DNA from: an uncultured Planctomycetota bacterium
Lineage (GTDB): Bacteria; Planctomycetota; Planctomycetia; Isosphaerales; Isosphaeraceae
Length of the DNA stretch: 64,000 nucleotides
Direction of reading: 5' to 3'
NCBI GenBank assembly: GCA_963823665.1
Contig: CAWGMQ010000004.1
Span: 2,336,001-2,400,000 of the forward strand
This document shows, in pieces, positions 11,887 to 21,737 of the stretch. The position numbers and the translations under genes were made by a program. Within the stretch, counting starts at the first letter, position 1, and every line of letters starts with the position of its first letter. The notes beneath the pieces are model-generated. The model did not search any database. It worked only from the letters and a program-made list of their open reading frames with translations, and was not told the DNA's origin.

Positions 11887-11934
11887 AAACGTTTATCGCG
11901 TGCGTCCTCACTTCGCAAAGCAGCAAACGTTTAT
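11887..11934. promoter_or_regulatory. Two AAACGTTTAT boxes (LacI/PurR-like palindromic core) in a divergent promoter region
   Basis: Identical 10-mers at 11887-11896 and 11925-11934. Confidence 0.35.
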
Positions 11935-12067
11935 TAAATGCCAGCAACAGATCGATCGTGCTGAAGGCACTCGATTGCGCTTCGGGTCGACCTTTTCCCA
12001 AGAAAATGGCATGATGAGCTGCATAAGGAAGTGGTCGTGAAGGAGAGTTTCCGGCGGAGAAGAGGTA

Positions 12068-12892
12068 ATGGATCGGCGAAGATTCCTGAAGCAGGCGGGC
12101 ATTGGTGCCCTGGGGTCGGGTGCTGCCAGTGCGGTTATCTATCCCTTTCTAGAAGCTAAATGGTGCCGGGTCGTTCCCCAAACGATTGTATTGCCTAACC
12201 TCCCCGAGGCCTTCCGCGGAACGCGCATCGCGCTCATGGCCGATATCCATCATGGTCCATTCGTGCCGTTAGCGTATATCCGGCACGTCGTATCGCTGGC
12301 TAATGCCCTCAATCCAGACATTACCCTCCTGGCAGGCGACTACGTGCATGGGCATCATTCTTACATAGCACCGGGAATTAATGAGCTCGGCAAGCTCAAA
12401 GCAACCCTTGGCCGATTTGCCGTAAGAGGCAACCACGACAACCGTTCCTACGCTCTCAATTCAGCGTCAGCTCTGGCGGATGCCGGTCTACCTGATCTGA
12501 ACAATACGGGTGTCTGGCTTGAACGAGGAGGATCCAGATTGCGAATCTGCGGGGTTGGCGATCTCTGGACAGATCACCAGATCCTCAGCTCGGCACTGGG
12601 TAACTCGACCGAGCATGACGCTGTCATCTTGCTTTCCCACAACCCCGATTTCGCCGAGATTATTCGTGATCGTCGAGTCGGGCTGGTCTTAAGCGGCCAC
12701 ACTCATGGCGGCCAAGTTGTCGTCCCCGGCTTAGGCGCTCCGATTGTTCCATCCCGCTATGGTCAGAAATACCTTTATGGGCTCGTTCGGGCGCCGGTAT
12801 GTCAGGTATTTGTCACGCGCGGTGTGGGCACCGTTACGCCGCCTGCTCGCTTCCTTTGCCGGCCCGAGGTTGTCTTGATCACTTTGATCTAG
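12068..12892 (+). CDS. Calcineurin-like metallophosphoesterase (YkuE-like), Tat signal
   Basis: MDRRRFLK; DIH, GDY, GNHD, HNPD, GHTHGGQ, RGVG motifs. Confidence 0.93.
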   Translation: MDRRRFLKQAGIGALGSGAASAVIYPFLEAKWCRVVPQTIVLPNLPEAFRGTRIALMADIHHGPFVPLAYIRHVVSLANALNPDITLLAGDYVHGHHSYIAPGINELGKLKATLGRFAVRGNHDNRSYALNSASALADAGLPDLNNTGVWLERGGSRLRICGVGDLWTDHQILSSALGNSTEHDAVILLSHNPDFAEIIRDRRVGLVLSGHTHGGQVVVPGLGAPIVPSRYGQKYLYGLVRAPVCQVFVTRGVGTVTPPARFLCRPEVVLITLI

Positions 12893-12902
12893 AATGGACA
12901 TC

Positions 12903-13967
12903 TCAGAGAAACGACCGACCGACTGCTGAGAAAAGAGCAGTGCGAGCTCGCAGTGTGGCGAGTGAATCGGTTGCCCCAACTCCAAGCCGGCAGATTTCAA
13001 ACGGGTCCAGCTTTCTCGGGTGATTAACACCGCTCTGCGAGATAAACGCGAGTCGGTAACCGGCTTTGATGGCCGAACTCCTGGTCGTCTGGTTGTAAGT
13101 ACCGTACCATCCAAAAGGGTATGCAAGTGCAGATACCTCACGCCCGAGACGCTCTTGCAGGATTTGTTTGGAGAGCACCAGTTCACGCTCGAGAGACCGT
13201 TCGTCGAGCTTGCCTAGATCGAGATGGCTATGCGAATGCGAGCCAATAGTCAACCGGCCTTCTGTGTCGGCGAGCTGGCGCATTTGCTCCCAGCTCATAA
13301 AGAGAGACTTGCCCAGGTATTCCGATTCAACTGTGATTTCAGCCCGAGCCGCTAGATGCTCAAGGAACCAAGGAAGATCCGTGACCCTTCCGGCAAGAAT
13401 GGCACGGATGATCGTCATCATCGCGTCTGGTCTTGACGTGTTTTCAAGTTCGACATCAAGCGGCAACCTGGTATGACTCGGATCACAATTCAAGAGAAGG
13501 CGGCGCATGCGCGTTTTTTTGATGATATATGCGACATGATCCCACCACGGAAGCTTGGGCGATTGTAGAAACTCGGTTGGAATAAAAAACGTCGCGGGAA
13601 CGTTCAATTCGTTCAAAATAGAAACTGCTGTGGTGAAGTTGTCATGATAACCGTCGTCAAACGTTATAAATGCCGCTTGCTCAGTCCACGGTGCAGCGGT
13701 CTGGATTCGGTTATCGAGCTCAAGTAGCGTCAAGATGCGCATGTGTTTACGCAGCCACTCGATTTGCATGCGAAATGATTGCGGCGCAGCCGAGATGACG
13801 GGATCGTAAAACAGATCGGTGTCCCGCTCTGCGATGCGGTGATAGGTCAATACAACGAGCGCCGGCCTGGTCGTGGCGACCACACGTTCGAGGAGATCTA
13901 TTAAACCGAGCCGTTCCAGCGTTCGGGCCAGGAACTGACGTTTGTTGGATATTCTGCTAAGTCTCAA
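12903..13967 (-). CDS. Polysaccharide deacetylase family protein
   Basis: VLTYHRI, ITFDDGY, ATFF, GSHSHSH, LAYPFG; probable TTG start overlapping the upstream TGA. Confidence 0.9.
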   Translation of the reverse strand: MRLSRISNKRQFLARTLERLGLIDLLERVVATTRPALVVLTYHRIAERDTDLFYDPVISAAPQSFRMQIEWLRKHMRILTLLELDNRIQTAAPWTEQAAFITFDDGYHDNFTTAVSILNELNVPATFFIPTEFLQSPKLPWWDHVAYIIKKTRMRRLLLNCDPSHTRLPLDVELENTSRPDAMMTIIRAILAGRVTDLPWFLEHLAARAEITVESEYLGKSLFMSWEQMRQLADTEGRLTIGSHSHSHLDLGKLDERSLERELVLSKQILQERLGREVSALAYPFGWYGTYNQTTRSSAIKAGYRLAFISQSGVNHPRKLDPFEICRLGVGATDSLATLRARTALFSAVGRSFL

Positions 13968-15100
13968 GTGTAAGCGTAATCTCCTTCGAGTGTCGTGAGA
14001 TGAAACATCGCGTCGCGCGGAATCAGTTCTTGCGGATCTCGAATGTGAAACTTCACGCTGAATCGCGAGACAAATCCACAAGCCGAGAGAGCCTCTGAAA
14101 TCCACGGTGTGGACCCGTAGCACTGAACAATGTCTGCTCCTTCGTGTGCGAGCTCTCGCACCAATGCCAGAATAGCCGCTTGCCAGTAAGCAACCTCAAT
14201 TCCGTCAAGCAGACAGTCCACGATCTTACCGGTGCGAGTTCGTCCTTCGTCATGAGAAACAAGATTCAAGAGCGCAAATCCACGTATCCGACCGGTCTCA
14301 TCGCGCAGATACCAGCCAGAAAAATCCTGGCGCGGGAATCGAAGAAATGTGTTCAATCGTGTAGGATCCCGTACCGTGAGGATTACATATGTTTCAGCTT
14401 TTGTGGTGACCTCGAGAATCTCCGGACCAAAGGCCGAAACCCGTTCCAGCGCAAGAAAGGCTCGCGGTCTACCAGGACGCCTGACCAGACGACCGACCGT
14501 ATCATGTGCCAAGCGAAGGAAACGTTCAATCGGGCGAAGACCTCCTTTACGAAGTGAGTACCCAGCTCGTAACACGCGATTGTAAACCGGCACTGATCCT
14601 CGAAGCTGATAGCCCGCTCGCTCTCCGACAGCAAGTGCCGATGGACTGACACCCAGGCCGAACTGAGTTTCGGCTCCCTGATGCGACAACCGCATCAAGC
14701 TAATCCCAATTGCGCGGTGATCCGATGATCCAAGCCAATCAATAATGTGCATTGTCCCGACCTGGCCGGAAGGTACGGTAATTCCTTTGCCCCGGAAGTA
14801 CGTTCGACAAAACCCAAGATGACCGGCAATTTTACCGGACTCGCTGGCAGCTACGTAGCTAAGCGGAGCATGGCAACAACCGCGAAAATCAATCGATTGA
14901 TCCTGCAGACTTTCGTCAGTAGACGAGGTACCACTTTCTGAGCTGATACTGTTTCCGAAACCCAATGGTTCCAGGTATTTCCAGCGAAGCACTGCGGGAG
15001 CAGCGAAGTCGGCATCAGGCCGTGCCTGAAAACCTGCGGCCAGAAATTGGCTCAGCTCAGGAAGATCCTTTGGACACAGTGGTCGGATGTCGCGGGCCAT
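13964..15100 (-). CDS. GNAT-family-like N-acetyltransferase
   Basis: IRPL..DLPEL, LRWKY, IDWL, GISL, KIVDCL pattern of tandem GNAT-like domains; overlaps the deacetylase start. Confidence 0.6.
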   Translation of the reverse strand: MARDIRPLCPKDLPELSQFLAAGFQARPDADFAAPAVLRWKYLEPLGFGNSISSESGTSSTDESLQDQSIDFRGCCHAPLSYVAASESGKIAGHLGFCRTYFRGKGITVPSGQVGTMHIIDWLGSSDHRAIGISLMRLSHQGAETQFGLGVSPSALAVGERAGYQLRGSVPVYNRVLRAGYSLRKGGLRPIERFLRLAHDTVGRLVRRPGRPRAFLALERVSAFGPEILEVTTKAETYVILTVRDPTRLNTFLRFPRQDFSGWYLRDETGRIRGFALLNLVSHDEGRTRTGKIVDCLLDGIEVAYWQAAILALVRELAHEGADIVQCYGSTPWISEALSACGFVSRFSVKFHIRDPQELIPRDAMFHLTTLEGDYAYT

Positions 15101-15340
15101 GATGATGGCTGCGGTGCAGTTATCTCGTGGGTTCGTATTCGAGTTTCTCTTGGTTTCCCACTCTCCTTCGAGTGTACCACAGGCTTTACCAATCACCGAA
15201 TCTCGCATTCTACGGGTCAAGTTGCTAGAATCCCGTGCGGCACGGAAGATACAAAAGCCATTCTTGTATCGAGCTTCAGAACAGGGGTGTGCGCCGGTAA
15301 CGGCCTACGCCTTTGATTCTTCATCCACAAGGAGGTTCCA

Positions 15341-15814
15341 ATGGCCAGTTCCAGGCGACGTACTCTTGGATTTGATTGCCTTGAAGGAAAGCTCTTGCTA
15401 TCGACAGGAATGGCCGACCCTGCCGCAATTGTCCATCAGGCAAAGGCAAATCGTTTCCACCTAAACGGCACGCTTCGCGGAATCCCATCCGGCACGGCCG
15501 TTCCTAATGGCTTCATAGTTTCTTCGTTCGTGCTCAGTGGAAATGTCGCCTCGATGGGTAATATTGAGGGGGCGTTCTTCCTGAAGCACAGTTTCATTCC
15601 ATCTGGAAAACTTCCTGATCTCAGCAAGGCAACATTGGTGCTTCTCAATCAGAAGGGCAGAGTCAACATCGCGCTCGACGCAACTGGCTCACACCATTAC
15701 AAGTTCACAATCATGTCAGGTTCCGGCGACTACACTTTTGCTTCTGGAACGGGGAATCTTACAGTCTCCGGAAGCCACAAGTCGCCCTACTTCACCATCA
15801 AGATGCACTCATAG
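15341..15814 (+). CDS. Small secreted protein with planctomycete LEPR-XLL-like N-terminal motif
   Basis: AAGGAGG RBS; RRRTLGFDCLEGKLLLS; beta-rich C-terminal domain. Confidence 0.7.
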   Translation: MASSRRRTLGFDCLEGKLLLSTGMADPAAIVHQAKANRFHLNGTLRGIPSGTAVPNGFIVSSFVLSGNVASMGNIEGAFFLKHSFIPSGKLPDLSKATLVLLNQKGRVNIALDATGSHHYKFTIMSGSGDYTFASGTGNLTVSGSHKSPYFTIKMHS

Positions 15815-15854
15815 AGGGTGAAGGATATGCATCACGGCTCGCGGAGGGTTTTAA

Positions 15855-17087
15855 GTGTATCGTGACGTCCTGACGATTGTTCTAGCCGGAGGACGAGGAT
15901 CGCGCCTTGAGCCCTTGACTCGCGACCGTGCCAAACCTGCTGTCCCGTTCGGTGGTATTTACCGCATTATTGATTTCACGCTATCGAACTGCATCAACTC
16001 GGATTTGCGCAAGGTCCTCGTGCTGACTCAATACAAAGCCACCAGCCTGAACCGGCATCTCGACGAAGGTTGGAGATTCCTCTGCCGTGAACTCGGTGAG
16101 TATATCGAAGTCAGCCCCCCGCAGCAAAGAATCGCCGAGATGTGGTATCAAGGGACGGCGGATGCGATTTATCAGAATGTTTACACAATCGAAAAGGCAG
16201 CACCACGCGACACAATGATTCTGGCTGGCGACCATATTTATAAGATGAATTACGCACGAATGATTGATTACCACCGAGAGAATCATGCCGATCTGACAAT
16301 TGCCTGCTTGCCGACCCAGCGCACCCAGGCACGCGATCTTGGCGTGATGGTGATCAATAACGAACAGCGCGTGACCCAGTTTGTTGAAAAGCCGAGAGAT
16401 CCTCCGGGAATGCCCGGCCAGCCTGATAAAGCACTCGGCTCCATGGGCATCTACATCTTCAACACGGACGTGATGTACGAGCTTTTATTTCAAGATGCAG
16501 CCAAGAAGGAAGCCAGCCGCCATGACTTCGGCCAGGATATCATCCCGGCAATGATCACGGGGGGCTCACGTGTCTTTGCGTATCCATTCCGTGATGAGAA
16601 TCGCAAGGAGGCTGCATACTGGCGCGATGTTGGTACACTCGATGCCTATTTCCAGACGAACATGGACCTGATCCAGGTCGACCCGGTGCTGAATCTTTAC
16701 GACCAGGAATGGCCAATCCATACTCACCAGCCTGCTTTTCCACCTCCCAAGTTCGTACACACTGAAGGAGACCGTCGGGGAGCTGCCTTTGACTCGATTG
16801 TCTGCCAGGGGGCCATTATCTCGGGAGGCCAGGTCTACCGTAGCATTGTTTCACCGGGTGTGCGCGTTAATAGTTTTGCACTTGTCGAAGATGCGATCCT
16901 CTTCGATGGCGTCGACGTGGGACGCTACTCACGTATTCGCCGGGCAATCATCGATAAGGAAGTCCGCATTCCTACTGGTTTCGAGATCGGCTGGAACCGC
17001 GAGGTCGATCTTGAACGTGGATTCACTGTCACCGACGACGGCATCGTCGTTGTCGCCAAGGGAGAAGACCTGGAACGCTTCGGATAA
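15855..17087 (+). CDS. glgC: Glucose-1-phosphate adenylyltransferase (ADP-glucose pyrophosphorylase)
   Basis: LAGGRGSRLEPLT.DRAKPAVPFGG, WYQGTADA, GDHIYKM, FVEKP, SMGIY, YWRDVGT. Confidence 0.97.
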   Translation: MYRDVLTIVLAGGRGSRLEPLTRDRAKPAVPFGGIYRIIDFTLSNCINSDLRKVLVLTQYKATSLNRHLDEGWRFLCRELGEYIEVSPPQQRIAEMWYQGTADAIYQNVYTIEKAAPRDTMILAGDHIYKMNYARMIDYHRENHADLTIACLPTQRTQARDLGVMVINNEQRVTQFVEKPRDPPGMPGQPDKALGSMGIYIFNTDVMYELLFQDAAKKEASRHDFGQDIIPAMITGGSRVFAYPFRDENRKEAAYWRDVGTLDAYFQTNMDLIQVDPVLNLYDQEWPIHTHQPAFPPPKFVHTEGDRRGAAFDSIVCQGAIISGGQVYRSIVSPGVRVNSFALVEDAILFDGVDVGRYSRIRRAIIDKEVRIPTGFEIGWNREVDLERGFTVTDDGIVVVAKGEDLERFG

Positions 17088-17127
17088 TCTGGAAGTGGGG
17101 CTTTCGCGACCAAGACAAGACGCCCGA

Positions 17128-18120
17128 TCAACTCGCAGACTCTTCCTCCGTGGTTGCTCCGCGTTTTTCCCCGTGCTGTTCACTCTCCTGTGCTTTTAAT
17201 CGGAGTGCTTCATCCGCTCCGATGATCTGAATCGGTGGAACATTGACACGCTGAAGATGGTCTTCAATCCCAGCGGCCGTACGATACATGTGATGAACGT
17301 TATCCTTCTGTGCGGCGATAGACCGCCGCTTTTCCTGCCACGCTAGAAGCTCTGCGGCAGCTTTGGGCTCGGCGAACCCGATTGGCGCCTCCACTGCCGT
17401 AGCGCCCTCGAACGTGGAATGTGGAACCGGTAAGAGCTGCCCCAAACTTTCACCTTGCCGGAACACCACTGTACCGGGCTGGACCAGCTTCCAGTTCAAT
17501 GTGAACGTGTAGTTCAGCCACCAAGTCTCAATCACACCCTCAAGTGGTACACAATTCGGCTTCCAACGATTACTTGGTCCCTTCAGATAGAGATCCCAGC
17601 CTGGCGGTGTGCGAAAAAGCCAAGGCGGCGAGAAGGTGACAATGCCAGCGCCAAATTGGCTCTTGATTGCCGGGACAAACTGAGGAGGAACTTCGACTCG
17701 AAGACCTTCAAGCCCGGGTCTTCCATCCCACGTAGCAACAACATCGGTTGGGCAAAGCACCTGCCAGCCCCACTGGTTAGCCACAACAAGCGGAAGACAC
17801 TTATAAGCGTGCGGTAACTCGTCCATCCAATGCCGTCGCGCAGGAGAAGGTCGCAGTTGCCATCCTTCACCCCAACCGTAAGGAATCAGGCGAAGTGCCT
17901 TGAACTCCACAGGAGGCAGATTCTCCGATTTAGCGGCTGAAGGCGCCTGATTCTCGGCAAATCGTTCTGATGCTGCTTTTTCGAGATCTGCAATTCGCAA
18001 CTCGAGAGACTGGCATCTCGGGCATAAAGCCGAGTGTTGCTCGTGGTCTTGAACCACTTGCGTGCGGTCATCGCTTGAGGTTTCAACTTGCTTACTCGAT
18101 CGCTTGGCTGACCGACCCAA
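17128..18120 (-). CDS. DUF6065-like protein
   Basis: R.WMD...AYKCLPLVVANQWGW, GAGIVTF, GPSN, LEGVIETWW..YTFTLNWK. Confidence 0.75.
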   Translation of the reverse strand: MGRSAKRSSKQVETSSDDRTQVVQDHEQHSALCPRCQSLELRIADLEKAASERFAENQAPSAAKSENLPPVEFKALRLIPYGWGEGWQLRPSPARRHWMDELPHAYKCLPLVVANQWGWQVLCPTDVVATWDGRPGLEGLRVEVPPQFVPAIKSQFGAGIVTFSPPWLFRTPPGWDLYLKGPSNRWKPNCVPLEGVIETWWLNYTFTLNWKLVQPGTVVFRQGESLGQLLPVPHSTFEGATAVEAPIGFAEPKAAAELLAWQEKRRSIAAQKDNVHHMYRTAAGIEDHLQRVNVPPIQIIGADEALRLKAQESEQHGEKRGATTEEESAS

Positions 18121-18231
18121 GGTGTTGTCCTCCTGACTCTGTTACGCCCCAGTTACGGAACCGCTGGTGCGTTGGCCCGATAGGCATGCTCGCCTTAGAG
18201 CATAAGCCTTACGAAGCTGTCATCGCAATGA

Positions 18232-19926
18232 TTAAAGATAGCCGAGGTCTGCTAGTCGTTCCTTGATCGTGGCGTCTTCGTCCTGTGTATAGTGAAAATC
18301 GTCAGGCGGGCTTGAGCCCCTATTGATCCCTGCAAAAGCAGGCGACAAAACCACCTGCGGTGATGCGAGCGCGGGCTCCTGATCGAGCAATTCCGTCAGG
18401 ATCCGGCCGTCTATATCGTCGGGAATATTGATCCCAAGCAGAGAAAGCACCGTCGGTGCAATATCGAGTAAGCTTGCCTCGGTTGGCTCGACACCGCAGC
18501 GAACAAGTGGTCCGTTTGCAATGAGGATGCCCTCAGGACGGTGATCACCCGTTGGCCCAAATGCTGGGGTGATCACGCGGTTAGTCGTGAAATCGTGAAG
18601 GCCGATTGTGCGATACCGCCAGTCTGTGAGTACAACGGTCAAGTCTGGGGCCAAGGCGGTATGTGGGCCGTGGTACAACTCATCTCGCTCGTAAACATGC
18701 TCAACGAGCGGCTTGCCTGTGCCGGGGTGTGGAATGGAGTTGAGATCGGACTTCAACTCCTCGATCAAGGAGCTTACTTCGGCTGGGGCGACGCAGCCGT
18801 CTGGCTGACGTCCCTTCAGGTTCAAGAAGATCTGGCCGAAGTTCCCCTGCGCGTAGGCACGGGTCCGTGACCAGTCAATGTGTCTGCGCGAGAGAAAGAG
18901 CGATTCGCCCAGTCTGTCCATGAAGCTGTCTTGCTTCCCTCGAAACCGGCTAACCCGATGGCTGCCCAGACCAAGCTTCGTCATCAAGCCGTATATCCAT
19001 TCGGGCGTCACACCTCTGCGGTAGCACCAGTGTTTCTGCTTGACGTAGAACGAATCCTTGAGTGCGATATAGCCCCTCTCAAGCAGCCAGACGTTGAAAT
19101 TAACGTAATGCTCGATTGGACCGAAACCGTGGTCGCTAATTATCAAAAACGTCGTATCGGGCGGCAGGCTTGCCTCAATTTCTCCGACACCTCTGTCAAG
19201 CTGTCGCCAGAATTCCAGCAGCTTCGGCCGCAACGCTTTTAGCTCGCGTTCTCGCCCACGTACAGCCTGGTGAGTCAAGTCCCAGACATGCCATAACTCG
19301 TGCTGTAACCGATCAGTGGCCATCAGGTCAAAAATGAAGAGATCCCAATCACATCGATCCATCATGAACTTGATCGCGTCGAGATGCTGCTGCATGAAGC
19401 GAAACAAGTCGTCAAGAACCTGGGCTTCGTTCCCACCATCGTGGATCGAAGTTGACCAGGGCTGGTAAGGGCCAACGGCTTTCTCAAGCTCGGCGAAGAG
19501 AGCCGGGTCAGTGGAGAAGTCAGATGCGCCGGTGGGGCTAAGGAAATCGCCGAGAAAAAAACCTGGAAATCGCTTTGCGGGCCGTGGCGGATAACTCATC
19601 GGCACTCCGCCCGCTACTGTTTTCTTACCGTATTGCTGAATGATCTCCCATAATAACCTTGATTGAATTGCCCGTGACGAGTTCACTCGTCCCTTCAAAG
19701 GATCATGTCGATAGTCGACGAACTCGAAGATCCCGTGCTTGCCTGAATTCTGCCCCGTCATCACACCAGTCCACGCAACTGGTGACAAGGGTGGGAACAC
19801 GGAGCGCAGTGATCCCCATGCCCCCTGTTCACGAAGCCTGGCCAGATTCGGCAGCCAGCCGTCCTGAATTAACGGCTCGAGCACATCCCACGTCGCGCCG
19901 TCCAAGCCCAGAACGAAGACCTTCAT
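18232..19926 (-). CDS. Alkaline phosphatase superfamily (type I phosphodiesterase/nucleotide pyrophosphatase) protein
   Basis: VLGLDGATW, SPVAWT..TG.N.GKHGIF, DRLQH, SDHGFG, GDHR.EG, LLDIAPT, C-terminal RLADLGYL. Confidence 0.9.
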   Translation of the reverse strand: MKVFVLGLDGATWDVLEPLIQDGWLPNLARLREQGAWGSLRSVFPPLSPVAWTGVMTGQNSGKHGIFEFVDYRHDPLKGRVNSSRAIQSRLLWEIIQQYGKKTVAGGVPMSYPPRPAKRFPGFFLGDFLSPTGASDFSTDPALFAELEKAVGPYQPWSTSIHDGGNEAQVLDDLFRFMQQHLDAIKFMMDRCDWDLFIFDLMATDRLQHELWHVWDLTHQAVRGRERELKALRPKLLEFWRQLDRGVGEIEASLPPDTTFLIISDHGFGPIEHYVNFNVWLLERGYIALKDSFYVKQKHWCYRRGVTPEWIYGLMTKLGLGSHRVSRFRGKQDSFMDRLGESLFLSRRHIDWSRTRAYAQGNFGQIFLNLKGRQPDGCVAPAEVSSLIEELKSDLNSIPHPGTGKPLVEHVYERDELYHGPHTALAPDLTVVLTDWRYRTIGLHDFTTNRVITPAFGPTGDHRPEGILIANGPLVRCGVEPTEASLLDIAPTVLSLLGINIPDDIDGRILTELLDQEPALASPQVVLSPAFAGINRGSSPPDDFHYTQDEDATIKERLADLGYL

Positions 19927-20553
19927 CGTGCCAAGATCCTTTCCGGTGCTTCTTTCGGGAAGACAGCCCTTTGTACATAACCGATCATGCTGCCGAGTTC
20001 GTGATAAATAAATCGCGAATTCCGCTGTCTTGAAGGAAACATTTTACCCAAACATCGCAAACATTTGAAATCACTAAACATGCGCCATGGCCCTAAACCT
20101 CCAGTATTCCCTCTATTCGATCCTCACGCAAATATCCGACGTCTATTCCATAAGTAATTGCCATGAAATAATTTGCCGATTACGTTGCTATCTATGACTT
20201 GCACTCACACTTGGATTGGATCAATTTCGTGGCAAAGCAAATTGGTCATCGTTCTCGTCCTAGCGGACTGAAGGTCGTGGAATTGGCCGAATTGTATTGA
20301 TAAACGAGAACTTCCGCAGCGCGACCTTCGGCGGCCAGTTGATTGTCCAAGTCCGCGCAGAACAGGTCTCCGCCTGCTCGAATGAAAGGCAATTGCTGTT
20401 CCAGCGCCGTGCTGAGAATCCGCCCAGAAACTCCGCACGATCGCTTACAGACGTGGCTATCCGAGCCGACAATCTCAAGCGGGCTGACGACGGGTGCGAA
20501 ATATTCGTCTGATCTAAAACAAAATAGCTAAACGTGTTAGGTATATTGCGTCA

Positions 20554-20759
20554 AGCTTGGTCAGCGTGACCAGCCTGTGTCGGCATGCAGCGTGCTTTTC
20601 TTGAGATCATTATCACGAGGCCTGAAACAAAATCACGCTGGTCTAAAGAAGCAGCACTGACTTGAGGTGCTTCCCTCCCGACAACTTTTACAGAAATCAC
20701 GAGCAAGCGTCGTTCTCCCTGGCTGTGCCCGGCCCCCTCGTTGGGGGCCGGGTTTTTTT
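20554..20759 (+). ncRNA. Putative small RNA of unknown family
   Basis: TATATT -10-like box at 20542-20547, several stems, and a strong plus-strand intrinsic terminator with no plus-strand gene nearby. The 5' end is a guess. Confidence 0.4.
20728..20759 (+). terminator. Rho-independent terminator
   Basis: cccggccccc-tcgtt-gggggccggg followed by T7. Confidence 0.85.
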
Positions 20760-20858
20760 ATTTCTTTGTCGCATACGGTTTTCGACTGTAGGCAGAACCT
20801 CAGCTAGCTAGCGAACCCGGTATTCGGTTTTGCCTTATACTTTTCGAGTGCGTGGAAA

Positions 20859-21733
20859 CTATTCCAAACTCATCAAGTACGCAAAGAGGTCGTGCAATTC
20901 CTTGACTGTCAGTAACTCGGCGATATTCTCCGGCATCAGTGACTTCTTCAAGACTTTGAAGTCTTCCAAGTCGCGCTTGAGCAGCGAGTGAAATCGCCCG
21001 TTCTCCTCGTAGAGCTGAACGCTGAAATTCGTCTCGTTCACGCGCAGGCCTGTGATCACCTTGCCGTCTTTGGTTGCGACGGCGACCGCCTCGTACTCGG
21101 AAGCAATTTCTTTCGAGGGTTGTACGATTGACTCCATCACAAACTCCGGGCGCACGACGGCTCGCAATGCGATCAAGTGCCGGCCCGATTCGTCCCCCTT
21201 CACCCCCTACGTGGTGACACTTCGCACACTGCACCTTTCCTTGCTGATCGAAGAAGATCTTTCGGCCCGCCTCTGCTTTACCTGGCATGTATGGCTTCCA
21301 CGTGCTCTCACCAGGTGAACGCGCGAGGCTGTGGATATAGCCAATCAACGTGCGAATCTGCGCAGGCTTCGAGCGCATCCCCTAGCTTCTTCATCGTTGT
21401 GTTCGGCACGCCGTTCTCGATAACTCGGGCGATGTCTGTGTCGCTGCTGCCATGGATCCAGCGATTGTCCGTCAGGTCGGGTCCCTTTCCCCCACGTCCA
21501 GCCCCGCCATGGCATCCACTACAAAGACCGCGAAACATTGCTTGGCCTTCTGCCAATGTCGCCGGATCTTGGGCTGCATTCTGTGGTGCAGTCGACTGTA
21601 CGGTCCCGGTCGTCGTCGGGGGTGCCGCCGGCTGTTGCTGGCTTCCCAGAGTGAAAACTGCGGCCCAGCTCAGCAAACCCATCATGATGGTGGCACGAAG
21701 GTACGTGACACGCCAGCTCATCGATCGCGTCAC
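20859..21733 (-). CDS. Diheme c-type cytochrome (class I cytochrome c plus planctomycete heme-binding domain); two +1 frameshifts at ~21370 and ~21149
   Basis: Signal peptide; CSGCH..GPDL..W.HG..GVPNTTM; after the first shift CAKCH..GGRIGPAL; after the second ESIVQPS..SLMP..DLFAYL. Removing 2 nt gives 291 codons. Confidence 0.85.
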
Positions 21734-21737
21734 AAGC

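Noticed and set aside
19930..20530. AT-rich intergenic stretch and short ORFs (20205-20531) as genes or a mobile-element remnant
   Set aside because: No RBS, recognisable motifs, terminal inverted repeats or transposase similarity.
20636..20672. SRP RNA, 6S RNA or tmRNA identity for the orphan RNA (contains GAAGCAGC)
   Set aside because: Lacks the SRP CAGG-GNRA helix, the 6S long end-to-end duplex and tRNA-like ends.
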